Assembly: GCF_009914755.1 (NCBI RefSeq)
Contig: NC_060930.1
DNA from: the human T2T-CHM13v2.0 reference genome, Homo sapiens
DNA: 64,000 bases
Reading direction: 5' to 3' (one strand)
Position numbers and translations under genes: made by a program. The first letter of the stretch is position 1. Every line of letters begins with the position of its first letter. Positions 28,773 through 43,955 of the stretch are shown here, piece by piece. A model generated the notes under the pieces. That model did no database searches. It saw only the letters and a list, made by a program, of their open reading frames with translations, and had not been told where the DNA came from.

Positions 28773-29378
28773 TAAGGGAAGTTTAAAATTTTCCTATGAA
28801 GGGTTAACTTGAGCCTTTAAAACAAACTGATAATAGAGTAACAGAAAAAAGCATACAAATATATTAATGTGCATTTGGGCATGGAAGTCATACAAAATAG
28901 GAAAACCTCAAAGAAATGACCAGATGGTTGATGCTTTTAAACCTTCTTGAGGTTACGGAAAGAATGGGGGCTTGGAGGAAGATGGCAAAACAGGTTATGG
29001 TGCCAAGCCAGGTTATGGGAGGGAGAAAAGAGGACGAAAGGCATGGGGCAAAGGTAATCTTATTAAGGAGATGAAACGTCACAGGGATCAGCACTCAGAA
29101 AGAATGAATGGTAGCCTTGGTATTTGCTTATCAGTTAGCAAATACCTTTAAAGGTTTAAAACTCTCAGTTAATCTTTTCTAGATCTGGATAAGGGGGGAG
29201 TGTCTCAGAGAAAGCTTATTTGCATCTGTTATTTACTTCATTTTATTTCCTCTACAGATGTAACCTTTCCCCTCAGTAGACAGCTTTGCAGGCTGTTCTT
29301 GTGTTTGCAGTCCCTGTGTATAGCCTTCTCAAAATACAAACGGCATATTTTGAGGTAAAATATTTTCAGCGCCTTTAA
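28773..29378 (-). mobile_element. MER34-like ERV1 solo LTR
   Basis: ctctacagatg...gacagctttgcaggctg...gccttctcaaaatac...atattttgaggtaaaatatttt. Confidence 0.7.
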
Positions 29379-30001
29379 ATGTTTGTATTTCCTTACTGAT
29401 TTTCTATCTGACTGGTGTATTTATTATTGAAAGTAGGGTAGCAAAGTCTCCTACTGTTATTGTAGATCTATTTCTTCCTTTAAGCTGCCAATATTTCATT
29501 CATATATTTTGGAGTTCTGATGTTTGGTGCATACATGTTTATAATAGTTATGTATTTTGGTGAAATCACTCTTTATCATTATATGATGTCCTTCATTGTC
29601 TCTTGTAACAGTGTTTGACTAAAAGTCAATATTGTTCTGATCCCAGTATAGCCACTCCTGATCTTTCTTGGTTACTATTTGTATGGAATGTCTTTTTCAT
29701 CTTTTTACTTTTAACCTGTACATGTCTTTAGATCTAAAGTGAGTCTCCTATAGGGAGTTGATAGTTGAGTCCTGTTTTTTTTTTTTTTATTTACTCCATT
29801 CTGTTAATTTATGTCTTTTGATTGAGGATTTTAATCCATTTACATTTAAAGTAATTACTCACATGAAAGGACTTACATTTGCCACTTTAGTAATTGTTTT
29901 CCGCATGTCTAATAGCTTTTTTCCCCCTCATTTCCTGCCTTCCTTAGTGTTTTTTGTAATGACTCATTTTCATTCCCTTCTCATTTTCTTTTGTGTATAT
30001 T

Positions 30002-30319
<318 letters not shown>

Positions 30320-31999
30320 TCTTTTGTGTATATTCTATAGATATTTTATGTGTGGTTACCATGAAGACTACTTGTAACATTCTAAAGTTATAACAATGTA
30401 TTTTAAATTAAAACCAACTTAACTTCAATTGTATATAAAATCTCTATTCTCTTATAGTTCAGTTCATCAACTTTATCTTATCAATGTCATCAATTACATC
30501 TTTATGTATTATGTACCCATTATCATTTACAATTATTTTTATGAATTTGTTTCTAAATCCTATAGAAAATAAAAAGTGAAATTACAGCCAAAATTAAAAT
30601 CATACTGTTTCTTATATGTATTTACTTCATGTATTTACTTTTACCGGAGAATTTTATATTTTCAGATGGCTTTGATTTACTGTCTAGCATCCTTTCATTT
30701 CAATTTGAAGGATTCCCTTTGGCATTTCTTGTAGGGCAGGTCTAGTGGTAATGAATGACCTCAGCTTTTTGTTTATCTTAACATGTCTTGGTTTTTCCCT
30801 CACTTTTGGAGGACAGCTTTGCCAAATATAGAATTTTTAGTTGATGATTCCCCCCCCCCGGCACTTTAAATATATTGCACCACTACCTTCTGGCTTGCAA
30901 GGTTACTCTTGAGAAATCCACCAATAATTTTATTGAGGGCCTCTTATATGTGATCAATCACTTTTCTTTTGCTGCTTTCAAGACTGTCTCTTTCTCTTTA
31001 GTATCTAAAGTTTGATTATAATGTATCTGAGTGTGGGTCTTTTTGGGTTTATCCTACTTGGAATTTGCAGAGATTCTTTGTAACTACATGTCTTTTCTCA
31101 AATTTGGGAAGTTTCTAGCCATCGCTTCTCCAAATGATTTCTGCTTTTCTCTCTCTCTTTTCTCCTTCTGAACTTTCATACTCGTCCTCTTGATGGTGTC
31201 CCATAAGTCCTTTTGGCTCTGTTCCCTTTCTTCATTCTTTTTTCTTTCTGTTTCTCAGACTCAGCAATTTCAAGTGATTTGTCTTCAAGCTTGGTGATTC
31301 TTTATTATGCCTGGTCAGGTCTGCTTTTGAACTTCTCTAGTGAATTTTCAATTTAGTTATTTTAGTCAGCTTCTAGTTTTTATTTTTTTTGTTTTAAAAT
31401 TTTGCTGATAGGTGTGTAGTTTAATCCTGTGGTCTGTCATGTTGGGTAACCTGCTACATTGTCATCAAATTTGTTTAGTAGAAAACGCTTATATCAATGA
31501 AGAAGAGGTTAGGGTGCATTTTAACGTCATGGAGAGCATAATTGATAAACTGATATTGGCCATTAAATGTCTCAGAGGTTTATCAGTATAAAGATCACTT
31601 TCTTTCAAAATGCTCTATATTTTAAAAAATCAGCTTTCAAAATATTCTTATACAATGGAGAAAATATTGTGCCCTGAATTTCAAAAGACAGGTGCAAGGT
31701 TTTGTTACAGGTTAGAGAACAAGACAGGGTTAGATTTCAGGCAGGTAGTGTCTTCATCATCAGAATGTAACATTCTTCCCTTATGCAGGATACATAAATC
31801 ATAATATATCTGTGAAAAACCTCACAGTTGTGTGATTGTCTATCAATGGGCTGTCTCTAAATCCTGAACAAAGTGGCAGCCAGAGTAACAATGCATTAGG
31901 TTTAGTTTCTGTTTCCCAAGACACAGACTCTTTGCATGGCAAAGAGAAAATATATTAAGGCAGTGTGCAAGCATGAGGCATCATTGACCTTACACATAA

Positions 32000-32357
<358 letters not shown>

Positions 32358-32716
32358 AATTAGCTTTTTTAAAGTGCTAAAGATTTTTTAAAAACTAAAC
32401 AAATTTTAGAGGATTTATAGAGATGCATTTTCAGGAAGCTGGATTATTTAGTTATGTTTGATGTGTCATTTATATGACCCTAAACAAATTAAAAGAGAAA
32501 AAACTTCAGTCAATTCACTAGTGTACACAAAGACAGGTGATATTTTTGATAAATTTTCCACCATCAAATTAATGAAATAACTAATTGCTTTGATTTCTGT
32601 TACACAAAGCCCCAAAGCTGTCAATGCTAGAAAGTAGCACAATTAAATTCATTTGCTTTTTACAGAAAATGAAGGGCCTTAAAATGTTTGGAATATTGAA
32701 AGCAGGTATTGGATAC

Positions 32717-33143
32717 TGGGTTGGTCCATTCTCATGCTGCTATAAAGAAATAGCTGAGGCTGGGTAATTTATAATGAAAAGAGGTTTAATTGGCTCACAG
32801 TTCTGCATGCTGTACAGGAAGCATGATGCTGGCATCTACTTGGCTTCTGGGGAGCCCTCAGGAAACTTACAATCATGGTGCAAGGTGGATGGGGAGCAGA
32901 CATGTCACATGACTAGAACAAGTGCAAGAGAGAGATGTGGGAGGTGCCACACACTTTTAAATGATGAGAACTCACTGTTTTGAGGAAAGCACCAAGGGGA
33001 TGGAGCTAAACCATTCATGAGGAATCCGTCCCCAATGTCCCCATGTATCCATCCCCAATCACCTCTCACCAGGCCTCATCTCCAGCATTGGGGATTACAA
33101 TTCAACATGAGAGTTGGTGGGGACACAGAAACAAACCATATTA
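32717..33143 (-). mobile_element. MSTA-type MaLR solo LTR
   Basis: gctataaagaaatagctgaggctgggtaatttata...gattacaattcaacatgaga; TSD gata(c/t). Confidence 0.88.
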
Positions 33144-33249
33144 GATATCTTCTTAAGCTTGCTGGGAAACACATGCAAATTACTTTATTTACACATATAT
33201 AGTACAATGGAAGAAGACAGAGAATCTCTGGCTTAGTCTGGAGAGTTAA

Positions 33250-33554
<305 letters not shown>

Positions 33555-33629
33555 TAAATTTCTTATTTGTTAATTGAGCATAGATATTTCATATAAAATT
33601 TTCTTTGAATGCACATAATTTGTTATTGA

Positions 33630-34060
33630 TTTATTTACTCAAAAATATTTTTCAAGTGCTTGAGATGCACCAGGCCTGTAAGGTACTGATTCTGAAAGAA
33701 GGTATAAATGGAGACTGCACCCTTAGAAAATTTGCTTTTGGGGGGATATAGGCCTTAGAGCTGTGATGACTGCAAACACAAAGTGAAGAGTTGCAAGAAG
33801 CTCAAAGACAAAGGTTAGGAAGCTCAGAAAGAGGAGTATTGTTTTTGCTGGGCAGAAGGGTGGCTTTGTGGGAATGGTGCTGTTTAACTTGTCTCAAAGA
33901 CTGGGTAGGATTCAGATATTTAGGGATGGAGAACAGCACTCCAGGCAGAATGCACAGAGCGAGTGCTGCCAAGGTGCCATGGTGCAGGCTTTGAAAGGGA
34001 GCCCTTGGTTTGAGGTGGGACACAGGATAAAATGATGTGAGGTTTGGAATAAGGCTAGAA
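33630..34060 (-). mobile_element. L2 fragment
   Basis: atttatttactcaaaaatatt...aaagactgggtaggattc...cactccaggcagaatgcacag. Confidence 0.55.
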
Positions 34061-34074
34061 AAGAAAGAAAACGT

Positions 34075-34594
<520 letters not shown>

Positions 34595-34686
34595 ACTCTT
34601 AAGTACAAGCTCTTTCTGGTCTACTGCACTGCCTTGAATGAAATCCCAATGAAATGGAAGGTGAGAAGCCTCTGAACCTCTGAGGG

Positions 34687-35042
<356 letters not shown>

Positions 35043-35939
35043 TTATAAAGCTGGTGGAGCCTGAAGGCTGGGCTGGAGGAAACCTGGTTTTTCAGTTTTA
35101 TCCTCACTGAAGAAACGTACTAATTTGTGTTTGAAGGAAACTTAACTTAGTAATACACCTTTTTCTAGATGCTACTAGGCTACAGTGATCCCTGGGCAGC
35201 TGAGTACAGGATTACACTTACAAAATTGTAAAATTTTATTGAGTGCGGTATTGAGAGGTGACAGCGTGCTGGCAGTCCTCACAGCCGTCGCTCGCTCTCG
35301 GTGCCTCTTCTGCCTGGGCTCCCACTTTGGCGGCACTTGAGGAGCCCTTCAGCCCACCGCTGCATCCTGGGAGCCCCTTTCTGGGCTGGCCAAGACCGGA
35401 GCCGGCTCCCTCAGCTTGCAGGGAGGTGTGGAGGGAGAGGCGCGAGCGGGAACCGGGACTGCGCACGGCGCTTGCGGGCCAGCTGGAGTTCCGGGTGGGC
35501 GTGGGCTTGGCGGGTCCCGCACTCGGAGCAGCCGGCCCTGCCGGCCCCGGGCAATGAGGGGCTTAGCACCCGGGCCAGTGGCTGTGGAGGGTGTACTGGG
35601 TCCCCCAGCAGTGCCAGCCCGCCGGCGCTGCACTCAATTTCTCACTCGGCCTTAGCTGCCTTCCCGCGGGGCAGAGCCCAGGACCTGCAGCCCGCCATGC
35701 CTGAGCCTCCCACACCCTCCATGGGCTCCTGTGCGGCTTGAGCCTCCCCGACTAGTGCCACCCCCTGCTCCACGGCACCCAGTCCCATCGACCACCCAAG
35801 GGCTGAGGAGTGCGGGTGCACGGCGCGGGACTGGCAGGCAGCTCCACCTGCAGCCCCGGTGCCAGATCCACTGGGTGAAGCCAGCTGGGTTCCTGAATCT
35901 GGTGGGGCCTTGGAGAACCTTTATGTCTAGCTCAGGGAT

Positions 35940-36290
35940 TGTAAATACACCAATCGGCACTCTGTATCCAGCTCAATCGGCACTCTGTATCCAGCTCAAG
36001 GTTTGTAAACACACCAATCAGCACCCTGTGTCTAGCTTAGGGTTTGTGAATGCACCAATGGACAGTCTGTATCTAGCTACTCTGGTGGGGCCTTGGAGAA
36101 CCTTTGTGTCCATACTCTGTATCTAACTAATCTGGTGGGGATGTGGAGAACCTTTGTGTCTAGCTCAGGGATTGTAAACGCACCAATCAGCGCCCTGTCA
36201 AAACAGACCACTCGGCTCTACCAATCAGCAGGACGTGGGTGGGGCCAGATAAGAGAATAAAAGCAGGCTGCCGAGCCGGCACTGGCAAGC
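35940..36290 (+). promoter_or_regulatory. LTR12C enhancer/promoter (CCAAT array, GT box, GATA, TATA-like AATAAA)
   Basis: CCAAT at ~35950, 36014, 36055, 36183, 36221; gtgggtggggcc 36235-36246; AGATAA 36247-36252; AATAAA 36256-36261. Confidence 0.7.
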
Positions 36291-36469
36291 CGCTGGGATC
36301 TACTTCTGCACTGTGGCAGCTTTGTTCTTTCACTTTTGGGTCCCCACTGCTTTTATGAGCTGTCATACTCACCGTGAAGGTCTGCAGCTTTACTCTTGAA
36401 GCCAGCGAGATCACAGCCCCCTGGGAGGAACAAACAACTGTAGACGCGCCGCCTTAAGAACCATGACAC

Positions 36470-36781
36470 GGCCGGGCGCGGTGGCTCACGCCTGTAATCC
36501 CAGCACTTTGGGAGGCCGAGGCGGGTGGATCACGAGGTCAGGAGATCGAGACCATCCTGGCTAACAAGGTGAAACCCTGTCTCTACTAAAAATACAAAAA
36601 ATTAGCCGGGCGCGGTGGCGGGCGCCTGCAGTCCCAGCTACTCGGGAGGCTGAGGCAGGAGAATGGCGTGAACCCAGGAGGCGGAGCTTGCAGTGAGCCG
36701 AGATTGCGCCACTGCAGTCCGCAGTCCGGCCTGGGCGACAGAGCGAGACTCCGTCTCAAAAAAAAAAAAAAAAAAAAAAAA
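36470..36781 (+). mobile_element. AluYb-lineage element (6 of 8 Yb8 diagnostics)
   Basis: 7 bp duplication gcagtccgcagtcc, ctaacaagg, gggcgcggtggcggg, gagattgcg; pure A24 tail. Confidence 0.92.
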
Positions 36782-37002
36782 CCGTAACACGCACAGCGAA
36801 GGTCTGAAGGTCTGCAGCTTTAGTCCTGAGCCAGCCAGACTACGAACTCACCAGAAGGAAGAAACTCCGAACATATCCGAACATCAGAGGGACCAAACCC
36901 CAGACGCGCCACCTTAAGAGCTGTAACACTCACTGTGAGGGGCTGTGGTTTCATTCTTGAAGTCAGCCAAGACCAAGAACCCACCAATTCCGGACACAGT
37001 AT

Positions 37003-37200
37003 CTTATCAATTACTGTGCCCAGCGCACTAACGGACATTAAGTAACGAATAATCACCAACCTGAAGCTTGTTGCTATCATAATTTCACTGAAGGGAAAAA
37101 TTGGGGCTGAAAGAAGTTAAGTCACCTGTTCAAGGGTAGAGCTAATCAGCGGCATGTTCAAATATAGGGTTGTTTCCGTAATTTTGTAGTAGTCTATTTG
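37003..37200 (-). mobile_element. MIR (host of LTR12C)
   Basis: gaagggaaaaattggggctgaaagaagttaagtcacctgttcaagg; other half ttttattgagtgc just 5' of the LTR. Confidence 0.6.
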
Positions 37201-38820
37201 CCCAGAAAGGCAAAGGAATATTAATTTTAGAAAAGGCTGCACCGAATTCTGCCACCTGTGCAGGTAGCCTCCCTCTGGACTCCAGATGCCACTGTGATTA
37301 CCCCATTCTGACCCACTCTTGGAGCTTCCTGTCACCAGCCATCCATTCTCTTCTCTGTCTTGGTTCACTCCTGAGGGCTTCCTGTGTTATCCTAATGTGC
37401 ACCCTAATGTACACAAATCACTTTCACAGACAGTGTCATGAGTATGAGGTGAGCAATTCATCAATGTCAACATATCTTTGATGAACGGTGGTTTGTCTTT
37501 GCAAGGCCTGAAAGAGTCCAGTGGATTTCTATTTGCTGTGGCTTGCTGGGGATTGAAGGGATTATGGTTGATGAGAGGTTTGAAATTCAACCAGTTTATT
37601 ATTAGTGGGGGCACATGAAGTTTGAAAATCTTGGTTGTCTTGATCTGTCTTTTTTCCTTTTCTTCCTTTAATCTTTCCCTCCTTACCCCTTCCCTCCCCT
37701 CCCCTACCCTTCCCTTCCCTTTAAATGTAAGGGGAAAAGGGCACACTGGTCAGAAATGCAATGAGCTAGTTGTTGGTTTTTGTCACAATTATTCATATGT
37801 CCACTTCTATTTTTTCCCACTTGATAGTTAAACCAAACATCTAGTTTTTACTGCCTTCTCAAAGTACATAATTCATTTAGGTTCAGTGTACTTATTGAGT
37901 GACTTATGTGCAAAGCATTGTACTAGGTGTTCTAGTACTAGTGTAAAGAGTAATTCACATTAAAATGGAAAGATGATGACTGAGTGAACAAAATTTGGGA
38001 TGTCTTGCCTCTTGTGTTTTTCACGTAGATGTTGCTTACTTCAAATGACATGAACAAAGGTCCTCATGTAAAGCTGGAGGAAAAACAAAGTCAATTGCTT
38101 TAAGCTATGGTTGGTAGTTGGTAATTCGTAACACTAATTACAGCTGATACGAAGACTACAATAGATTTGTTATAAGTACCTATAATTCCCCTTTATCAGG
38201 CTTGAATTATATTCCATGCAGCTTGGATAGCTTACAGTTGCTAAAGGCTCATGTATAATATACCTACATCTCTAGACATAACACTCCTTTTTGTCAATCT
38301 GGGAAAGAATATAGTGAGGATTGACAATTATATTGTTATGAAATGAGCCATCTTTTGTCATCCTTGCCAAGTTCCCTTTTTCGGCTGGCCCTAGTGGCTA
38401 GGGAAAAGTCTGAAATAGTGATTTTTCAGTCCATCCTTTGAGTTTGAAGAAGCATTGCTATTATTATAAATTTATCCTAGGAAAATTAAACAAAATAATA
38501 GCTTCATAGAAAATTAAGCTGCATAAAATTTCCTTGTCAGATGAGAACAGGCTGAGGATTGTCTTTATTTTGTTTTGATGACTGCGTGTGAGTGTGTGGG
38601 GTTCTTTTTCCTTTCCTGGAGCTGTATCAGATTGTGGGTCCTCAGATATTTAGGCTTCTCATAAAAGGCAAGACTTATAAAAAATCTTGGTGAACTTTAG
38701 ACTAGAATGAATTTCATGTTTTGGGTAACCTTGGGATTTTGGTGGAGACTGGTTTGGGATAAGACTGATTCTGGAGTTGTTGTAAACACCTAGAATTTTT
38801 GTCTTTTTTTGATCAGTGAC

Positions 38821-39293
38821 TATATTTCTTGTTTCTTGTTGCTGCTGCAGCAAATTACCAGCAACTGGGTAGCTTAACACAGCAGAAGTTTATTCTATCA
38901 CAGGTCTGGAGGCTAGAAGTCTGAAATCAAGAAGTCTGCATGCCCGTACTCCCTCCACAGGCTCTAGGGGAGGATCCTTCCTTGCTTCTTCCAGCGTCTG
39001 GTGGCTCCAGGTATCCCTTGACTTGTGTGCACACCACACCAGTCTCTGCCTCTGTGATCACATTGCTTCCTTCTCTGCAGCCTATCTCATATCTCCCTCT
39101 GTCTTTCTCTTATAAGGACATGTGTCATTGGATTTAGGGCTCACCCATATAATCAAGGATGATCTAGTCATCTTGAGACCCTTATCTTAATCACATCCAC
39201 AGAGAACCTTTTTCCACATGAGGTCCCATTCATAGGTTCCAGGGATTAGAATATGGACATGTCATTTTGGGAGACTCTATTCAACCTCCTATA
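38821..39293 (-). mobile_element. MLT1C/D solo LTR
   Basis: ggtctggaggctagaagtctgaaatcaag...ttataaggacatgtgtcattggatttagggctcaccc. Confidence 0.85.
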
Positions 39294-39535
39294 GCGGTTT
39301 TCAAACTTGTTTTGAATCAAAGGAAGAAATACATTTTATAGCATAAACTAGCCCATTGTACACAGGGAAATAAATAATTTCACAGAACAGTGCTTTCTCT
39401 TACCGTGGGAGATGTGTTCTGTTCATTTTCATTCCATTCTATATTATTGCATTCGATTCCAACAAAATCTTGTTTAATAACCACGTAGACAGATCTGATG
39501 ATCCATCAATGATGTTGCCACCCACAGTTCTGGAT
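39294..39535 (+). mobile_element. hAT-Charlie-like DNA transposon fragment
   Basis: ggttttcaaact...aagaaatacatttta...acccacagtt; TIR start cagtg appears to lie before the MLT1 insertion. Confidence 0.45.
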
Positions 39536-40860
39536 CTTAGATGATATTGGGTTGTATGAGAACGTCTGGACTCTGTGCACTGGGGAGCACTGCTTTGACT
39601 TGGATTCCTTAGGACCGGCTGCACTGAATTGGCTTTGAAGGAGTGGGTGGGAGGTTGAAAGGTGTTATCAGAATGTTGCATTATTTGATGACATCTTAAA
39701 TACATTAAACGCAAATCACCAAAATTTACTGACATATTTTCACGCATCAGGCATTGTGTTAGATATGAGAACCAAAAAAAAAAAAAAGATGAGAACCACA
39801 AAAATGAATTACCCAAACCCACTCCTCAACATTTCCTAAATTTTCTTTTATGTTGTACCATACAAATGATTTTAGATATACATTCTTAATCACCAATTTA
39901 TCTGCCAAGGCAAATAGCTGTAAATGTCCACTTATTAACTTTTCACTTAAGTACTCGAAATACAGTGTCCCACCGAAGCACTTAAATTCAGACTTTATAA
40001 ATTGTTTTAAGAGGATTTGGAGGCAATTAGGAGAAAGCCATTTCAGAGAAGATGCTAATCTGAATTTCTCATAATTGTGTGGACATTTTAAACACTTTGC
40101 AAGTGAGACTATAAATGTAAAAGCAGCGACCAAAAAGTTCTGCTTCATTTCAAGCAGGTGACGTAAGAGAACTAAAATCCATGATTAAGAAAAATGAAAT
40201 TGTATAAATTATAGCAGAAATGCCTGTCATCGCCTACTAAAATGCCTCCAGGGGGTTAGATTAGAAAAAGAAAATTACTTATCTGTAATTCTTATTCTCT
40301 TTAGGTAGCAATTATAATAGATATACACTCTTGGGTGTAAGTCATTGGTGTGAGAACCAGGAGTAGACTCGAAGTCAGCTAAAGAATTATAACCCTCAAG
40401 GAAGGCGTACCCTGGGACGTCAAGGGCAAAATGTATATGGAATGTCATTGCCCCCGAATATCATTCCTATCTGACCATTGAAAAGCGCAGGTGAATTTGG
40501 TCCCTCGGAAGAAAAGAGTGGCTGAGTGGATCTATTATTATTTTCATCGTATATTAAATGTAAAAAGGTCTAGCCGCAGGCAACATTTGTGAGTTGGGTC
40601 TACTCATTTTCTCTGTGCCTTTCTGCCTACTTTAGGAATCCAATACCCACTTACTCGCCATCCCCCTCACTCTGCTCTTAGGAAATACCTCATTCAATTT
40701 ATTTACACCGAAGCCAAGGCATTCACAGTAGCAAGAGCCTTGGAGAGGGAATAAGAAGCCACAGGCCTGCCTGCGGCTGGCTTGGCCACCCATTTATTCT
40801 GAGATACCAGGTGAGCCATGTTAGCTCTTCGAGTGAGCTTCCGTGTCCTCATTCATATAA

Positions 40861-41182
<322 letters not shown>

Positions 41183-42297
41183 AGAGGGGGCTCAATTTCT
41201 AGGAACACTTTCATCTCCATGATTCTAGGTAAGGAAGACAGGACAATTAAAAATAGGCTAATTTTAGGGTAAACTTTTAGGCTAACGATGATACCCTTGA
41301 ATGTGGCCTTTAAACTTGGGAAGAATTGACATTGAAGCCATAGAAATGAAGACTAGCTTGAAGCATCCATTGGGACCCAGGCAGGTATTTGGTGGGATCA
41401 TGTTTGTTTGATCTAAACCTTTGTGGCAGCTACACAAAAACCCAAGACTGGCCCTAAATGTGCCTGTGTGTAACTTGAGTTGAGACACAATTCGCCTAAG
41501 AGCCCCTGGGTAAGGGAGCAGTTTCTGAAGCTGCCACTGGGGCAACATTAGTGCGGAGAAGCAATCACTCCTGAAGGGTTACTCCAATGTCTGAAAGAGC
41601 TAGGGACATTCCCAGCAATGGCTGCGTCATTGCTAAGGAGCAACTTACACATGGGAGTGTTTCTCTTTTTATTTCTTTTTAATGTGCGCAGGGACTAGCT
41701 GCTTGTGCCTCTTTGAACATAGGGGCAGAAAAAGGAATTTCATTCTTTTCTCTCTTTCTCACACCAATCTACACATTCCTTCTCCTCTGAGGCGATTCCA
41801 AGCCAAATGGAAGGGAGAAGTACTGGGAGGCCTTGCCCAGGTTTTATATGGTTTTAAAGGGAATGAAAGGTTTTTCTTTGGGTGGGAATGACCAGAGGTT
41901 TGCAGGGGTATGTGCTCCTGTGACCCATCACCTGCTTTGGCTTATAGTCCTAACTAGAGGCACCACTAACCAATTCTCCTATCTGGACCCCTGCTAGGGA
42001 CCCCCTCAGCCAACATAGAGGTACTTCATATGCATGTTTGAGATTTTTTGTAGTGAGGCATGAGTGCGTATGGCTCAGCTGGGTCACCCCTGAGCTCACA
42101 TCCTAAGAATTCAACATTGCTCTGTGACCTAAGGCCTGTGGACCTGGGCACGGAGGCCAGAGGAGTGCACTTACAGCCCAGGGAAGTTTTGTCCTTTTCC
42201 TCCGTTTATCCTGCAATTTAAAGGCCAAACACTGATAAGAGTTAAAGATACAAAAGAAAACAAGACACTGTGCTGTCTTCAAGAATTTTATTGTTTG

Positions 42298-42808
<511 letters not shown>

Positions 42809-43773
42809 TTAATAGATTGTTCAGGGGAGTCAGAGCCATCCCCAGGACACAACTCTTTGGAGCAACAACCCTTGACCCTCGTGCCCTGACACTGAAGCCA
42901 CAGGAGGCAGCAGGAGATGGGACATTGAGTGGGATCCAGAACATTTGCCTGTTCCAGTTGCCCTTTTTCTATCAATATCTATCAATATTTTCTCACTTCA
43001 AATGACCTGGGATGTATGCATTTCTGGAGCATAGTTCCCTGGAAAATACACTCATGAGTTCCTTAACTATAGGAAAACCTTTTGAGAAATGCATCGGTAG
43101 GCAGTTTTGTTGTGTGAACATCATTGAGTGTGCTTGCACAACCCTAGCTGGAACAGCCTCCTAGGCTAAATGGTACAGCCTGTTGCTCCTAGGCTACAAA
43201 CTTGTACATCAGATTACTGTACCGAATACTGTAGGCAATTATAACACAATGGTATTTATGTCAAAACATATCCAAACATAACAAAGATACAGTAAAAATA
43301 CAGTTTAAAAGATAAACATGGTATACCCGTAGAGGGCACTTACCATGAAATGAACTTGCAGGGCTGAATTGCTGTGGGTGAAACTGTGAGTGATTGGTGA
43401 GTGAAGTGAAGGCCTAGGACATGACTTCACACTACTGTAGACTTTACAAACACTGTACAGTTAGGCTACATGAAATAATGAATTCACCTTAGCTTATTGT
43501 CACCTTTTTACTTCATAAATTTTTAAATTTTTTTAATTTTTGACTCTTGAAATAACACTAAGCTTAAAACACAACCGTATTGTACAATTGTCCAAAAATA
43601 TTTCCTTTCTGTATGTTCTTATTCTTTTTTCTATTTTAAAAAATTTTTAATTTTTTCCTTAATTTTTTTTTTGTTGTTGTTGTTACAAATGAAGACACAA
43701 ACATATATGTCAGCCTAAGCCTACACAGGGTCAGGATCATCATTATCACTGTCTTCCATCTTCACACCTTGTC

Positions 43774-43788
43774 CCACTAGATGGCACT
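43774..43788 (+). promoter_or_regulatory. CTCF core motif
   Basis: CCACTAGATGGCACT matches the CTCF core CCAC(C/T)AG(G/A)(G/T)GGC(A/G)C. Confidence 0.5.
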
Positions 43789-43955
43789 TGATCAAATATC
43801 ACTTTCTCCTGGAAGCTGACCCTAGCTGCTTCAGGTCTTCAGGGGCAGTGACAGGCAGGAAGCTGTCATCTCCTATGATAACAGTGCCTTCTTCTGAGAT
43901 CCCTCTGGAAGGAACTGCCTGAGGCTGTTTTACAGTTAGAGTTTTAAAAATAAGA

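Larger units (their letters stand above)
35252..36998 (+). mobile_element. LTR12C (ERV9) solo LTR
   Basis: tgagaggtgacagcgtgctggcagtcctc ... ccaccaattccggacaca; CpG-rich U3; CCAAT repeats; 4 bp TSD gtat (35248-35251, 36999-37002); inserted into a MIR. Confidence 0.95.

Noticed and set aside
35890-36230. Repeated ~40 bp units resembling a repeat-spacer array
   Set aside because: These are the known LTR12 enhancer repeats in a eukaryotic genome, with no cas genes; not CRISPR.
35236-36414. Stack of overlapping GC-rich ORFs and a CpG-island-like region
   Set aside because: Explained by the GC-rich LTR12C U3; not a host-gene promoter or CDS.
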